From: Salaquimonas sp.
Lineage (GTDB): Bacteria; Pseudomonadota; Alphaproteobacteria; Rhizobiales; Rhizobiaceae
Assembly: GCA_041736675.1 (NCBI GenBank)
Contig: JBGSTD010000065.1
Span: 895 to 64,894, forward strand
Reading direction: 5' to 3'
Length of the DNA stretch: 64,000 nucleotides
Below are positions 1-9,907 of this stretch, one piece after another (within the stretch, counting starts at the first letter, position 1; the number at the start of each line of letters is the position of its first letter). The translations under genes were made by a program, and so were the position numbers. Under the pieces are notes generated by a model. That model saw nothing but the letters and a program-made list of their open reading frames with translations. It did not search any database and was not told where the DNA came from.

Positions 1-683
1 CGATGCTCTATTGTGATGCACCGGTGGTGGGTGCGCCTTCGGGACTGTCAATTGGCGGCGGGTTTGAGGTTCTTGCCCATTGTGACCATGTAGTGGCCCA
101 TGCCAACAGTGTCATGGGGCTGGTTGAAGCTTTGGTTGGCGTCGTACCTGCGGGCGGAGGCGTCAAGGAAACCTACTGGCGCTGGTATCAACGAACTGGA
201 GACTGGGAAAAGGCTGCCTGGAATATGTTCAACCAGATTGGCTATGGCCAGACAGGAAGCTCCCCGGATTTGTCAGCCAGGCTGGCATATTTCGAGCCGA
301 AACGCGACACCCAGGTCATGAACCGCGACCGTCTTGTGGAAGCGGCATGTAAAGAGATCAGAAAACTTGGCCGTAATTACAAGCCGAGGCAAAAGCCGCA
401 ATTCAAACTGGCAGGCGCGAAGGCGTATGATGAAATGGTCGCCTTTCTTGAAAAAGGCAAAGCCAAGGGGTGGTTTTTCCCCCATGATGTTACAGTCGCG
501 AGCCAGATTGCCTGGATCGTAACGGGAGGTCACGATACCTTGCCGGATGCGGCGAAAGGGAGGTTGAGCGAAAAGGCCATGTATGCACGTGAGCGGGAAG
601 CTTTCATTCGCCTTGCAAAGACGCCTGAAACAAGAGCCAGAATTGTCGGGATGCTTGGCGGGGCAGGGGTGCCGAGGAACTGA
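1..683 (+). CDS. 3' fragment of an enoyl-CoA hydratase/isomerase-family gene that starts upstream of the window (probably a 3-hydroxyacyl-CoA dehydrogenase/enoyl-CoA hydratase fusion)
   Basis: The reading frame is open to the window edge. It has a crotonase-type core (GLSIGGGFEVLAHCDHVVA...VGVVPAGGG) and a stop at 681-683. Confidence 0.6.
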   Translation, partial: MLYCDAPVVGAPSGLSIGGGFEVLAHCDHVVAHANSVMGLVEALVGVVPAGGGVKETYWRWYQRTGDWEKAAWNMFNQIGYGQTGSSPDLSARLAYFEPKRDTQVMNRDRLVEAACKEIRKLGRNYKPRQKPQFKLAGAKAYDEMVAFLEKGKAKGWFFPHDVTVASQIAWIVTGGHDTLPDAAKGRLSEKAMYAREREAFIRLAKTPETRARIVGMLGGAGVPRN

Positions 684-1053
684 TCGAGGTCCTGCCTATG
701 TCGCTTTTTAGCCAATCTGTTATGTTATGGTTTCTTTCAGGTTGTATAATTTTTTAAACTTCAAACAAACGGCTTAGGTCTGCTGAAACAAAGTTTAGCT
801 ATTGTACGAAATTGACCGGGACCCCTACCCACACCACCCGGTCAGGCCGCAGGTGCGCAGGGCTGTTTAACCCACACCCCGAGAGTTTCTCGAACGAGGG
901 ATTCTTTGTGCACTTGCGGTTGCAGGGACTTACCTGTTTTTTTTAAGATATGTTTTTGGTGAAATTGATCTCCTAGGCTTGTTTGCCGGGAAGGAATCTG
1001 ACCTATTGGCGAGAATTGTCGTCTCTTTTGAACATTTCACGGAAAACATGCTT

Positions 1054-1665
1054 ATGAAACTCTGGTATTCCCCCGCATCCCCCTTTGTTCGAAAATGCAT
1101 GATTGTTGCGCATGAGCGTGATCTGGCTGACAGAATTGAAATTCTTGATGCCGCGGCCAGCGTTGTTAATCCGGACAAGCGGATCATGGCTTCCAATCCC
1201 TCGGGTAAAATTCCAACGATGGTCCTTGATGATGGTGCTGTACTTTTTGACAGCCGGGTCATCTGTGCCTATCTTGATTCAATTCATGACGGCAAAAAAC
1301 TGACGCCGCGGTCCGGGCCGAAACGGTTTGAGGTCATGACACTTGAAGCGCTTGGCGACGCAATTATGGATGCTGCGGTAAACAACCGTTATGAAACAGC
1401 ACTTCGCCCGGAAGAGTTTCGTTGGAAACCATGGTCCGATGGGCAAATGGGCAAGGTCAATGCGGCTCTAGATCAATTGGAAGAGAAGTGGCTCAAGGTC
1501 CTGGGACGCACGCCAAATATGGGGTCGATTGCAGTTGCTGCGGCACTTGGTTATCTTGAATACCGCTACCCCGATTTGAAATGGCGCAAAAACCGCAAGG
1601 GGCTGGCCCGCTGGTTCAAGCGTTTTTCCGAGCGCCCCTCCTATATCGCCAGCAAGCCGGAATAA
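1054..1665 (+). CDS. glutathione S-transferase family protein
   Basis: From ATG 1054 the protein starts MKLWYSPASPFVRKC, a thioredoxin-like GST N-domain, followed by a helical C-domain. The longer ORF from 979 only adds a non-homologous-looking leader. Confidence 0.75.
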   Translation: MKLWYSPASPFVRKCMIVAHERDLADRIEILDAAASVVNPDKRIMASNPSGKIPTMVLDDGAVLFDSRVICAYLDSIHDGKKLTPRSGPKRFEVMTLEALGDAIMDAAVNNRYETALRPEEFRWKPWSDGQMGKVNAALDQLEEKWLKVLGRTPNMGSIAVAAALGYLEYRYPDLKWRKNRKGLARWFKRFSERPSYIASKPE

Positions 1666-1670
1666 GTGCT

Positions 1671-2627
1671 TCAGGACTGCTTTCGCAAATCTGACGGGCG
1701 AATTTTGAATTCGCGCAGAAAGCATCTGGCAAAATACGAACTCGATGAGAAGCCGCACTGCAAAGCGATATCGAGCGTTGACATATTGGTATGAAGCAGC
1801 AGTTCGCGGGCTTTTTCGAGGCGCCGTGACAGATAATAGCGTGCTGGTGAAACTCCGAGTTTTCGCTGAAAGGTTCTTTCCAGATTACGTACACTGGTAT
1901 TGATCTGCTTTGCTATCTGCGCATTTCCCAGCGGTGTCTCCAGATTTGCAAGCATGAGTTCGACAGCGGTCTGAATTCCTGGTGGCATGGTGTCCATGCG
2001 GCTGATGCTGCCGGATCGCTGGTGTGACGTTGAGTTCCTGATCCGGTCGAGTTGAAAGTTGTTGGCAATTTTCAGCGCCAGTTCGGGCGTATAGACATGG
2101 CTAATGATGTCGAGCATGAGCTCCATGCTCGAAAGTCCGCCTGATGCGGTATACCGGTTATGGTCGATGACGTAGAGATCATTGACGATGTCGATATCAG
2201 GAAATGTTTCGCGAAAGGCGGGCAAGCCCTCCCAATGGATTGTGCATCGGGCTTCGTTCAAAAGTCCTGCTTTTGCAAGGATCCAAGTGCCGAGTGAAAG
2301 GGCTCCAATTTTTACCCCGCCTCTGGCCATCTTGACCATTTGCGGGGTCATTTTTGAGCGATAAGGCGGGTCCAGTTCCAAACTTGCAACAACAAAAAAA
2401 TAATCGGTCGGGAAATCTGCGTTGAGTTTGCCGTCAACTTCCATTTTCATGCCGTTTGAAGCCTTCACGCTTTCTCCGTCATGGCTTACCATTCGCCAGA
2501 CAAAGCGTTTTTCACCCGTTATGTAGTTGGCGCTTCTCAAGCTTTCGACAGCAGCCATGAGGCACATGGCCGAAAACTGCTCAATCAAAAGAAATGTCAT
2601 GGTTATAGACGGCTGCTCTGTATCCAT
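1671..2627 (-). CDS. GlxA-family AraC-type transcriptional regulator (DJ-1/PfpI-like sensor domain plus AraC HTH; GbdR/CdhR-like)
   Basis: 318 aa. The N-terminal domain is GATase1-like (FLLIEQFSAMCL...). The C-terminal AraC HTH reads SPARYYLSRRLEKARELL...GFSSSSYFARCFLREF. It is divergent from the ABC importer operon. Confidence 0.85.
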   Translation of the reverse strand: MDTEQPSITMTFLLIEQFSAMCLMAAVESLRSANYITGEKRFVWRMVSHDGESVKASNGMKMEVDGKLNADFPTDYFFVVASLELDPPYRSKMTPQMVKMARGGVKIGALSLGTWILAKAGLLNEARCTIHWEGLPAFRETFPDIDIVNDLYVIDHNRYTASGGLSSMELMLDIISHVYTPELALKIANNFQLDRIRNSTSHQRSGSISRMDTMPPGIQTAVELMLANLETPLGNAQIAKQINTSVRNLERTFQRKLGVSPARYYLSRRLEKARELLLHTNMSTLDIALQCGFSSSSYFARCFLREFKIRPSDLRKQS

Positions 2628-3045
2628 TACGACAACCCGGATCCTGAAAAATTGTATTGTTGGTAGCGCGATAACAATGACTCGGACAAGTAAATAATAA
2701 GTCTGTTTTTATCTGATCCAGGTTGACTGTGCGCGAAGATGATCCTGAAAAGATACCTAATCTGAAACAAATGCGACAAGATATTCGAGCATTGCGTCAA
2801 TTTCCTGAAACATACGATGAATTAGGGGTCTATCAGTTGACGTACCCCCTACAATATGTTGCGATAGAGTGGCAAAGGGCGTTTCCAGGGTGAAAACGCG
2901 CTTTAACTGAGTAGCCGCTTTGCGATCTATTTTGTCCAGTTTATGCAAATTGGGAATGAATACAGGCGCAATAGTACTAAAGCCGTGTTTAGTTCGGGAG
3001 GACAGCAAACACAGCGTTTTGACATCGTCATCTGGAGGTTTATGA

Positions 3046-4698
3046 ATGACCAGCACGCTATCCACAATCAACAATAAACCAGCGCACAAACACATTGAGC
3101 AGTTGGTTTGCGAACACAAAGAAGGCAGCCTAGACCGGCGAGAATTTCTGGCAATGGCCTCTGCGCTTGGCCTGACCACTGCCGCCGCTTACAGCGCAAT
3201 TGGCGCTGCCCTGCCTTCTTCTGCCCAGGCCGCTTCCCACGCCAAGTCCGGCGGCGTGCTGAAAATGCAAATGATCATCAAGGAAGCCAAGGATCCACGC
3301 ACCTATGACTGGTCGGAAATGGCGAACGTAACCCGCCAGTGCAACGACTACATGGTTCGCTACACCCATGATTTCACTTTCGAGGGACATTTGATCGAAA
3401 GCTGGGAAGTTAATGAAGACGCCACCGAGTACACTCTCAATGTTCGCAAGGGCGTAAAATGGTCGAACGGTGACGACTTCAACGCCGATGACATCATTTT
3501 CAACCTTAACCGCTGGTGCGATTCTGCTGCTGAAGGCAATTCGATGGCTGGCCGCATGAGTGCGCTGGTGAATGCCGATACCAAGAAGGCTGCTGATGGC
3601 GCAATCACAAAGGTAGATGATTTTACCGTTAAGCTGAAATGCAACCAGTCAGATATCACGATTATTCCAGGCATGGCCGATTATCCGGCGCTTGTTGTCC
3701 ATCGCGGCTTCGACGCAAATCCTGATACACTGAAAATGCCCGGTACCGGCCCAATGGAAATCGTCGAATATGAAGTTGGCAAGCGCGCAGTCGTCAAACG
3801 GCGTGAAGGTTTCACCTGGTGGAAAGGCGATCCATTCCTCGATGGTATTGAATTCATCGACTACGGCGCGGAAACCAATGCGATTGTTTCTGCTCTTGAA
3901 TCAGGCGAGATTGATGCAGATTACCAGACAACAGGTGAAACTGTTGCGCTGCTTGACAGCATGGACTTGAAGAGAACTGAAGTCATTACCGCTGCCACCG
4001 TTGTATTGCGTATGAACACAAGTCAGAAGCCATATGACAACAAGGATTTGCGCAATGCGATCCAGCGTTCGGTTGACAACGCAACAGTTCTCAAACTCGG
4101 CTATAACGATGCTGGCTCAGTGGCCGAAAACCACCATGTCTGCCCGATCCATCCTGAATATTACGAACTGCCAAAACTTGGCCAGGACGTAGAAAAGGCA
4201 AAAGAACTGCATGCCAAATCAGGTGTTGGCGACATGGAACTCGAACTGATTTCCTATGACGCTGATTATGTGAAAAACCCGGCTGACGTGGTTGCAACGC
4301 AAATGCGTGCCGCAGGCATGAATGTCAAACGCACAGTCATCCCCGGCTCGTCTTTCTGGGCTGATTGGACAAAGTATCCATTCTCAACCACAGAGTGGAA
4401 CATGCGTCCGTTGGGCGTTCAGGTGCTGGCACTTGCTTACCGCTCAGGCGAAGCATGGAACGAGACAGCCTATTCCAATCCTGATTTTGACAAGGCGTTG
4501 GGTTCTGCGCTCGCGATTGCTGACGCTACAAAGCGTAAGGAAGTCATGAAGGATGTTGAATCGATCCTTCAGGATTCCGGTGTTATTATCCAGTCCTTCT
4601 GGCGTGCACTTTATCGCCATACGCAGCCGTATGTCATGGGCTTTGAAAAGCACCAGACCTACGAGATCCATAGTGATCGCATCTGGCTTGATAAATAA
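3046..4698 (+). CDS. ABC transporter substrate-binding protein, family 5 (peptide/nickel/opine type), Tat-type signal peptide
   Basis: 550 aa. GGAGG lies 7 nt upstream of the ATG. The twin-arginine signal reads [23 protein letters not shown]...AQA. It is followed by DppB/C/D-type genes. Confidence 0.85.
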   Translation: MTSTLSTINNKPAHKHIEQLVCEHKEGSLDRREFLAMASALGLTTAAAYSAIGAALPSSAQAASHAKSGGVLKMQMIIKEAKDPRTYDWSEMANVTRQCNDYMVRYTHDFTFEGHLIESWEVNEDATEYTLNVRKGVKWSNGDDFNADDIIFNLNRWCDSAAEGNSMAGRMSALVNADTKKAADGAITKVDDFTVKLKCNQSDITIIPGMADYPALVVHRGFDANPDTLKMPGTGPMEIVEYEVGKRAVVKRREGFTWWKGDPFLDGIEFIDYGAETNAIVSALESGEIDADYQTTGETVALLDSMDLKRTEVITAATVVLRMNTSQKPYDNKDLRNAIQRSVDNATVLKLGYNDAGSVAENHHVCPIHPEYYELPKLGQDVEKAKELHAKSGVGDMELELISYDADYVKNPADVVATQMRAAGMNVKRTVIPGSSFWADWTKYPFSTTEWNMRPLGVQVLALAYRSGEAWNETAYSNPDFDKALGSALAIADATKRKEVMKDVESILQDSGVIIQSFWRALYRHTQPYVMGFEKHQTYEIHSDRIWLDK

Positions 4699-4711
4699 CC
4701 TGAATAAAAGA

Positions 4712-4735
4712 GGCGGTGGACACAGGTTCACCGCC
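4712..4735 (+). terminator. intercistronic GC-rich stem-loop after the SBP gene (possible attenuator or mRNA stabiliser)
   Basis: GGCGGTG (4712-4718) pairs with CACCGCC (4729-4735) 14 nt after the SBP stop. There is no clean T-run immediately after it. Confidence 0.35.
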
Positions 4736-4907
4736 CCTACTTCACGGTATTTTTCTGGTCACATGATTTATCCTCGCCGATGACGACGGATTGCCAGACG
4801 GGGATACTGTTCAAAACTACCTGACAGCAAGCTGGCGCAGACCGGCGCTGTAAACAGAATCAAGGCCGGGTTGCGGCAGATAATCTGTATTTGAAGGGGA
4901 GGGAGTG

Positions 4908-5945
4908 ATGCTCCGATTTTTAGCGGGTCGCCTTTATGTCATGGCGCTCACAATGCTCTGCCTCAGTTTCGTTGTTTTCTATTTTGTGAATCTCGAACCA
5001 AATTTGAAGAAGCTGGCTGTTACCCAGACTGAAATGCGCGTCACCGACGCTGACAAGGAAAACTGGCTTCAGCGCAATGGTTTCAGGGACAATTTCTTCG
5101 TTCGCTATGGCCGCTGGATTGGTCTGGTTGCCAAACAGCCTGTTGTTGACCCTGCCACAGGACAAATGGTTCCGCGATTCAGATATTGTGATGAGCCCAG
5201 CGTTGCTACTGTCTCCGGTGTAATCCAGGGAGATTTTGGCTGTTCAACCGCATTCCGCGACAAGGTTTCCAACCGTTTGCCGCAGGCATTGAAGGCAACC
5301 GGGATTTTGATGTTTTGGGTGATGATCGTCATGATACCGGTCGCCCTTATCCTCGGCGTACTGGCCGGGATGCGTGAAGGGTCACGGACGGACCGCTCGA
5401 TTTCCTCTGTTTCCATCGTTACCAGTGCGACGCCTGAATATGTGTCCGCCATCCTTTTCACCGCGCTTTTTGCCTCGGGTCTTGGTTGGCTGAACGGTTC
5501 GGCAGCATCTGCCATGACGCGCGGAATTTCGTTTTACAATTTCACGCTGCCAGTGATGACAATGGCGGTATATGGCGTTGGCTACATTGCCCGCATGACA
5601 AGGGCATCCATGGCCGAAGTGATGACGTCACAGTATATTCGAACGGCTCGTTTGAAAGGGATGGGGTTTCGCCAGGTTGTTTTGAAACATGCCCTGCGCA
5701 ACGCATTGATTGCGCCTTTTACGGTTATCATGCTGCAGTTTCCCTGGTTGTTGACGGGGGTCGTCGTCGTTGAGAACATTTTCTCTTACAAGGGATTTGG
5801 CTGGCTTTTGGTCAATGCGGCCTCAAACAATGATATTGATCTGGTTCTGGCTTGCGGGATTGTATCGGTGATCATTGTTCTCGTAACGCAGCTTATTTCC
5901 GATATCGGATATGCTTTCCTCAATCCGAGAATCAGGGTGTCATAA
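4908..5945 (+). CDS. ABC transporter permease (DppB/OppB-like)
   Basis: A multi-TM protein with the BPD-transporter EAA-type loop region (YIRTARLKGMGFRQVVLKHALRNALIAP). AGGGGA lies 7 nt upstream of ATG 4908; a GTG at 4905 is also possible. Confidence 0.85.
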   Translation: MLRFLAGRLYVMALTMLCLSFVVFYFVNLEPNLKKLAVTQTEMRVTDADKENWLQRNGFRDNFFVRYGRWIGLVAKQPVVDPATGQMVPRFRYCDEPSVATVSGVIQGDFGCSTAFRDKVSNRLPQALKATGILMFWVMIVMIPVALILGVLAGMREGSRTDRSISSVSIVTSATPEYVSAILFTALFASGLGWLNGSAASAMTRGISFYNFTLPVMTMAVYGVGYIARMTRASMAEVMTSQYIRTARLKGMGFRQVVLKHALRNALIAPFTVIMLQFPWLLTGVVVVENIFSYKGFGWLLVNAASNNDIDLVLACGIVSVIIVLVTQLISDIGYAFLNPRIRVS

Positions 5946-5952
5946 GGGGCGT

Positions 5953-7173
5953 ATGATGGAAAATGTTGGTGCATTCGGTATAATCACAGGATTTGCTTCC
6001 AGTTTCTGGCCGGTGTGGCTGTGTCTGGCGGCCGTTTTTGTGGTGATTTACTTTTTCAAGAAACAGCTTGGAATATTTGGACGCCTGTTCAATTCCAATG
6101 TGGGTATCCTGGGCGTAATTCTTTGCCTGTTCTGGGTATTTACGGCCATTTTTGCAGATGTCATCGCGCCACTTGATCCGCGTGTGCAGGTATCAATCAT
6201 GCAAAACGCTGTGCCCGGTTCCATCAATCCCGATACCGGGATGGTGTTTTTGTTTGGCGGTGATCTGCTTGCCCGTGATGTGTTCAGCCGCGTGGTTTAT
6301 GGGGCGAGAATTGTTTTGACCATTGCGCCGGCAGCAACGATGATTGCCTTTCTTGTCGGGATAACGCTTGGTCTGCCGGCCGGATATTTCGGTGGACGGA
6401 TAGATTCCATTCTGTCGTTTTTCGCCAATCTGGTTTTGGCCTTTCCGGTGATCCTGTTGTTTTACCTGCTGGTTACGCCAGGAATAATGGAAACATGGTT
6501 GCCTTATGCTCTGGGTGGCGGGCTGTTTGTTTTCCCGACCCTTTTCTTCTTTGTCTTGTTCTATACCCGGTTTTACGGGCGTAATGACAAGTTGGTCCCT
6601 TATCTTGCCGCAACCGTGATTGCAGGTGGCTGGATCTGGATGAACCTGATGTCGACTTCAACCTTTATCGCCAAATTGAATGATGCAGGGTTAACGTGGA
6701 TAGGCTCTCTTCTCAACTGGAGGATATTCAACATATTCGGTGTCGATCCCAACGAGCTGAATATTTTCATTGCTGTCGTCTTTGCCTCGGCACCGGGGGT
6801 ATTCAGGATCGTGCGCGGCCTGACGCTCGACATCCAGACGAGGGACTATGTCGCGGCAGCCCAGACGCGCGGTGAAACCCCCTGGTACATCATGCTTTGG
6901 GAGTTGCTGCCCAATGCCCGCGGCCCGTTGATTGTCGATGCCTGTTTGCGCATTGGCTATACTACCATTCTGCTTGGGACTCTTGGATTTTTCGGCCTAG
7001 GCATGGGGCCGGAAAGCCCTGACTGGGGCACTACGATCAAGGATGGCAGCCAGGTGGCGCAGCTCAGACTTTATTACTGGCAGGGTGTAGCGCCTGCATT
7101 GGCCTTAATGAGCCTTGTGCTTGGGCTCAACCTTTTGGCTGACGCGCTGCGTGAAGAATCGTTGAGAGATTGA
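5953..7173 (+). CDS. ABC transporter permease (DppC/OppC-like), unusually long (about 406 aa)
   Basis: ATG 5953 lies 8 nt after the upstream stop and has an AAGGGG SD. It has the typical C-terminal permease core (YVAAAQTRGETPWYIMLWELLPNARGPLIV) plus extra TM segments. Confidence 0.8.
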   Translation: MMENVGAFGIITGFASSFWPVWLCLAAVFVVIYFFKKQLGIFGRLFNSNVGILGVILCLFWVFTAIFADVIAPLDPRVQVSIMQNAVPGSINPDTGMVFLFGGDLLARDVFSRVVYGARIVLTIAPAATMIAFLVGITLGLPAGYFGGRIDSILSFFANLVLAFPVILLFYLLVTPGIMETWLPYALGGGLFVFPTLFFFVLFYTRFYGRNDKLVPYLAATVIAGGWIWMNLMSTSTFIAKLNDAGLTWIGSLLNWRIFNIFGVDPNELNIFIAVVFASAPGVFRIVRGLTLDIQTRDYVAAAQTRGETPWYIMLWELLPNARGPLIVDACLRIGYTTILLGTLGFFGLGMGPESPDWGTTIKDGSQVAQLRLYYWQGVAPALALMSLVLGLNLLADALREESLRD

Positions 7174-7183
7174 GGAAGCGAAA

Positions 7184-9745
7184 ATGGTAGACATGAAAGA
7201 CCAAACGCCGATCCTTGAGATTGAAGATCTCAATATTTCGTTTTTTACCAGAGCAGGCGAAATTCCTGCTGTCATGGATTTTTCCTGCAAGGTAATGCCA
7301 GGCGAAGCCATGGGACTGGTCGGGGAATCAGGCTGTGGCAAGTCCACAGTTGCCCTCGGCGTGATGCGCTATCTCGGGGGCAATGGTGCCATAGTAGGGG
7401 GCAAGATCAAGTTCAAGGGCCGCGACATGGCCGAAATGAGCGAGGAGGAATTGCAGTCTGTCCGCGGTTCGGAAATCGCCATGATCTATCAGGAGCCTAT
7501 GGCTTCGCTCAATCCGGCCATGAAAATCGGTCAGCAGCTGATGGAAGTACCGATGATCCATAGCGGTGTTGGCAAGAAGGAAGCCTACGCCATGGCCCTC
7601 GATGTGGTGACATCCGTGCGATTGCCGGACCCGGAACGCATTCTCAAATCCTATCCGCATCAGCTTTCGGGTGGCCAGCAGCAACGTATTGTCATCGCAA
7701 TGGCATTGATGGCCAAGCCGAGCCTGTTGATCCTTGATGAGCCGACGACAGCACTTGATGTGACGGTTGAAGCCGGCATTGTTCAACTCGTCAAGGAACT
7801 TGGCAAGAAATACGGCACATCAATGCTGTTCATCTCCCACAATCTGGGTCTCATTCTCGAGACTTGTGACCGGATATGTGTGATGTATTCCGGCGAAGCT
7901 GTTGAGACCGGAACGATTGGCGATGTGTTTGACGAAATGCGCCATCCCTATACGCAGGCGCTTTTCCGCTCTATCCCGCTTCCTGGAGCAGACAAGAATC
8001 TGCGGCCGCTGGTTGCAATTCCCGGCAACTTTCCGTTGCCGCATGAACGTCCGCCGGGGTGCAACTTCGGCCCGAGATGTGATTATTTTGTTGCCGGGCG
8101 ATGCGATGCGCAAGATATCAAAATGGCGACGATTGGCAAAAATGAGCGTCATAACAGCCGCTGTCTGCGGATCGAGGAAATTGACTGGAATGCGAAGGTT
8201 GTTGCCAGCGCAACGGGCAGGAAAGCGGAAATTGGCGATGTTGTGCTCAAGGTCGACAATCTCAAAAAATATTATGAAGTGGCAGCAAACGCCCTGTTTG
8301 GCGGCGGCGAATCACGTGTGGTCAAAGCCAACGAAACAGTGAGCTTTGAAACACGTGAAGCTGAAACGCTGGCGATTGTCGGTGAATCTGGTTGCGGAAA
8401 ATCCACATTGGCGAAAGTGTTGATGGGGCTGGAAACAGCAACAAGTGGTAAAGTGCTGATGGGCAATCTGGAAATCCAGGGTACTGCGATCCAGGATCGC
8501 GGAGCTGCCACTGTGTCAAAAATCCAGATGGTTTTCCAAAATCCGTTTGATACGCTCAATCCTTCACATCTGGTCGGCAAACAGATCATCAGGGCACTTG
8601 AAAAATTCAATATCGGCAACAGTGATGCCGACCGTGAAGAACGCATGTTGAAATTGCTGGATCTCGTTAAATTGCCAAGGGCATTCGCGAAGCGGATGCC
8701 GCGCCAATTGTCCGGTGGTCAAAAGCAGCGGGTTGGGATTGCCCGTGCATTTGCAGGTAATCCGAAAATTGTTGTAGCCGACGAACCGGTATCAGCTCTT
8801 GATGTGTCAGTTCAGGCAGCTGTGACGGATTTGCTGATGGAAATCCAGCGCGACAACAAGACGACCATGCTGTTTATCAGTCATGATTTGTCAATCGTGC
8901 GATATTTGTCAGACCGGATCATGGTGATGTATCTGGGGCATGTGGTCGAGCAGGGGCCGACTGATGCGGTTTTCGCGCCACCATACCATCCTTATACGGA
9001 GGCACTGCTCTCGGCGGTTCCCATTGCCGACACCTCGATTGAGAAGAAACATGTTGTTCTGGAAGGCGATATTCCATCTGCGGTCAATCCACCGCCGGGA
9101 TGCCCGTTCCAGACCCGCTGCCGCTGGAAATCGCGTGTGCCGGGCAACCGTTGCGAAACGGAAGTCCCGGTGATGAAAGAGATTGCGCCCGAGAACTGGA
9201 GCAAGTGCCATCTTGACGATGCAGTACTCGCTGAGATGGAGCCGGTGATTACACAGCGCAACACCGCGCCCAAGGCAAAGGCAAAGCCGAACGAACCTGT
9301 TGCACTTGCCCAGATGGCGACTTCAAACAGAGCAAAGCCGCGTAAACCGGTTGACGCAAAGGCTGGTACAACAAGCAAGGCAGCGGCCAAAGCTATGATG
9401 GCAGCGCCCCTGGAAAAAGCAAAGCTCAAGGCATCGGCTACCAAATCGCCAGTTGTAAAAGCTGCAACAGACGGGCGTCCGACTGCGATCAGGAAACCGG
9501 CCAAACCGGATGATCTGAAGATGATCGCGGGTGTCGGGCCGAAGCTTGAAGGGGTCTTGAACGGGCTTGGAATTTATCAGTTCAGCCAGATTGCCAGTTG
9601 GAAAAAGGCCGAGCGGGAGTGGGTGGATGGATACCTCAAATTCAAAGGCCGCATTGAGCGCGATGAGTGGCAAAAGCAGGCCAAGGCACTCGCCAAGGGC
9701 GGTGAGGCCGAATACATAAAAGTATTTGGAAAAAAGCCACGCTAG
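7184..9745 (+). CDS. fused double ABC ATPase (DppD/DppF-type) with an Ala/Lys/Pro-rich linker and a helix-hairpin-helix-like C-terminal module
   Basis: It has two Walker A motifs (GESGCGKST twice) and two signatures (LSGGQQQR, LSGGQKQR). The extension from about nt 9250 contains APKAKAKP...KAAAKA. The terminal domain reads DDLKMIAGVGPKLEGVLNGLGIYQFSQIASWKKAEREWVDGYLKFKGRIERDEW. Confidence 0.85.
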   Translation: MVDMKDQTPILEIEDLNISFFTRAGEIPAVMDFSCKVMPGEAMGLVGESGCGKSTVALGVMRYLGGNGAIVGGKIKFKGRDMAEMSEEELQSVRGSEIAMIYQEPMASLNPAMKIGQQLMEVPMIHSGVGKKEAYAMALDVVTSVRLPDPERILKSYPHQLSGGQQQRIVIAMALMAKPSLLILDEPTTALDVTVEAGIVQLVKELGKKYGTSMLFISHNLGLILETCDRICVMYSGEAVETGTIGDVFDEMRHPYTQALFRSIPLPGADKNLRPLVAIPGNFPLPHERPPGCNFGPRCDYFVAGRCDAQDIKMATIGKNERHNSRCLRIEEIDWNAKVVASATGRKAEIGDVVLKVDNLKKYYEVAANALFGGGESRVVKANETVSFETREAETLAIVGESGCGKSTLAKVLMGLETATSGKVLMGNLEIQGTAIQDRGAATVSKIQMVFQNPFDTLNPSHLVGKQIIRALEKFNIGNSDADREERMLKLLDLVKLPRAFAKRMPRQLSGGQKQRVGIARAFAGNPKIVVADEPVSALDVSVQAAVTDLLMEIQRDNKTTMLFISHDLSIVRYLSDRIMVMYLGHVVEQGPTDAVFAPPYHPYTEALLSAVPIADTSIEKKHVVLEGDIPSAVNPPPGCPFQTRCRWKSRVPGNRCETEVPVMKEIAPENWSKCHLDDAVLAEMEPVITQRNTAPKAKAKPNEPVALAQMATSNRAKPRKPVDAKAGTTSKAAAKAMMAAPLEKAKLKASATKSPVVKAATDGRPTAIRKPAKPDDLKMIAGVGPKLEGVLNGLGIYQFSQIASWKKAEREWVDGYLKFKGRIERDEWQKQAKALAKGGEAEYIKVFGKKPR

Positions 9746-9798
9746 GGGTATGATGCAATTGAATGCTGGGAGGCTAGTCAGCTTCTCATGGGAGGACT

Positions 9799-9835
9799 GA
9801 AGCGCAAGTGAAAGCCACTTGCGCTTCTTTCTTTT
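9799..9835 (+). terminator. rho-independent terminator of the ABC importer operon
   Basis: A 12-bp perfect stem, GAAGCGCAAGTG / CACTTGCGCTTC, has loop AAAGC and is followed by TTTCTTTT. Confidence 0.8.
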
Positions 9836-9907
9836 GTGCTTCAATAGCTGATGTTCAGCCTGACACATTGTAAAAATCCTTGAGTTTACTCCTTGGCATT
9901 GCTTCAG

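Noticed and set aside
2639-2810. Repeated GATCCTGAAAA / TCCTGAAA words in the GlxA-ABC divergent region
   Set aside because: Only 8-11 nt are shared, with irregular spacing and no counterpart upstream of the second GlxA gene. This is too weak to call an operator.
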